The notes under the pieces: model-generated
The model's database searches: none
What the model was told of the DNA's origin: nothing
Seen by the model: only the letters and a program-made list of their open reading frames with translations
Position numbers and translations under genes: made by a program
In this document: positions 63,300 through 64,000 of the stretch, piece by piece
Layout: each line of letters opens with the position of its first letter
Position numbering within the stretch: the stretch's first letter is position 1
Assembly (NCBI GenBank): GCA_963811105.1
Contig: CAWEPZ010000009.1
Span: forward strand, 320,001 to 384,000
Reading direction: 5' to 3'
DNA: 64,000 bases
From: Candidatus Bathyarchaeota archaeon
GTDB taxonomy: Archaea; Thermoproteota; Bathyarchaeia; Bathyarchaeales; Bathycorpusculaceae

Positions 63300-63487
63300 T
63301 CAATGCTACATTTGCTTCAGTTATTTTTCCGTCAAATGCGATAGCAGGCGCAGCTATTATGATATCAAGGGCTTCTCCCTTTGCCTGGTTCTCGTTTGAA
63401 TCAATTAGAACTACATCACTTTTTCATAACGAAGAATATCGAAAGCAGCGGCACTTCCTACTTTACCGCACCAATAACTTTTGTCAT
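63300..63487 (-). pseudogene. Malate/lactate dehydrogenase N-terminal relic
   Basis: MTKVIGA|GKVGSAAAFDILRY|SDVVLIDSNENQAKGEALDI|AAPAIAFDGKI across three frameshifts (Rossmann GxGxVG and GEALD motifs). Confidence 0.7.
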
Positions 63488-63589
63488 ATAAAACTATGAT
63501 TTGAAGCTTAGATATAATCTGCTCAACATACAAATAAAAACAAAAGAGTTCGAATTTGAGATTTGATGGTTGATATCTTGCAGTAATTC

Positions 63590-64000
63590 CTATTTTATAA
63601 TAATAACTGGACAAAGCGCTAAATGCGATACTTTTTCACTTATACTACCCATAAAAAACTCCCGCATCCTCCCTGCTCCTTTATGCCCAACTATAATAAC
63701 GTCGAAACTGCCCTCCTTTGCTGTATTAACAATTTCAAGAGCAGGATCGCCTTGTCTAAGAGTAGAAGTAACAGCCAAGTCAGGCTTAACTTCCTTTGCT
63801 CGTGCAACCGCTTTACGCAAGACCTCTTCATGAATTTTGTTGACATCATTCGCAACCGAAGCCAGACTGGCGTTTGAAGAAACAGTCGATTCGGCAGGAT
63901 TAGTACTTAAAGGCAATGGCTCGTAAACATTCAAAATCGTGACAGCCGCACCAAATTTTTCGCTTAACCCTAATGCAAAATCCAAAGCCCTATCTGAATT
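63590..64000 (-). CDS. Universal stress protein (5' end outside the window)
   Basis: QGDPALEIV..DVIIVGHKG...FMGSISEKV..ALCPVIIIK. Confidence 0.93.
   Translation of the reverse strand, partial: NSDRALDFALGLSEKFGAAVTILNVYEPLPLSTNPAESTVSSNASLASVANDVNKIHEEVLRKAVARAKEVKPDLAVTSTLRQGDPALEIVNTAKEGSFDVIIVGHKGAGRMREFFMGSISEKVSHLALCPVIIIK

Overview
This is an archaeal chromosome segment, most likely Bathyarchaeia (inferred from the gene set, TATA/BRE promoters and lineage-typical PQQ-like beta-propeller surface proteins). The left part (0.5-19.7 kb) is accessory DNA. It carries a 1469-aa PD-(D/E)xK nuclease/SF1 helicase, four paralogous membrane-anchored beta-propeller genes (three intact, one 5'-truncated mosaic), a PadR regulator, an intact ~1 kb IS with TIRs and a 7-bp TSD, and a tyrosine-integrase relic. 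The middle (19.7-36.8 kb) holds two ABC exporters, OsmC, DUF59, HIT, mgtA and a second decayed island ending in another integrase relic. The right part (37.5-64 kb) is mostly core genes: nre, lig, trxA, a NikR-controlled nixA-fmdE-DUF1893 operon with a perfect NikR box, nadA, a glycogen/sugar-phosphate cluster with a TrmB-CBS regulator, rnhB, fibrillarin/nop5 and pyrB. The most striking item is a wHTH + ATP-cone + class III RNR (NrdD)-like fusion that appears to lack both catalytic cysteines and the radical glycine, making it a candidate nucleotide-sensing pseudoenzyme transcription factor. Four otherwise intact genes each carry one extra base at or next to a CTAG. No CRISPR array, rRNA or tRNA was recognised.
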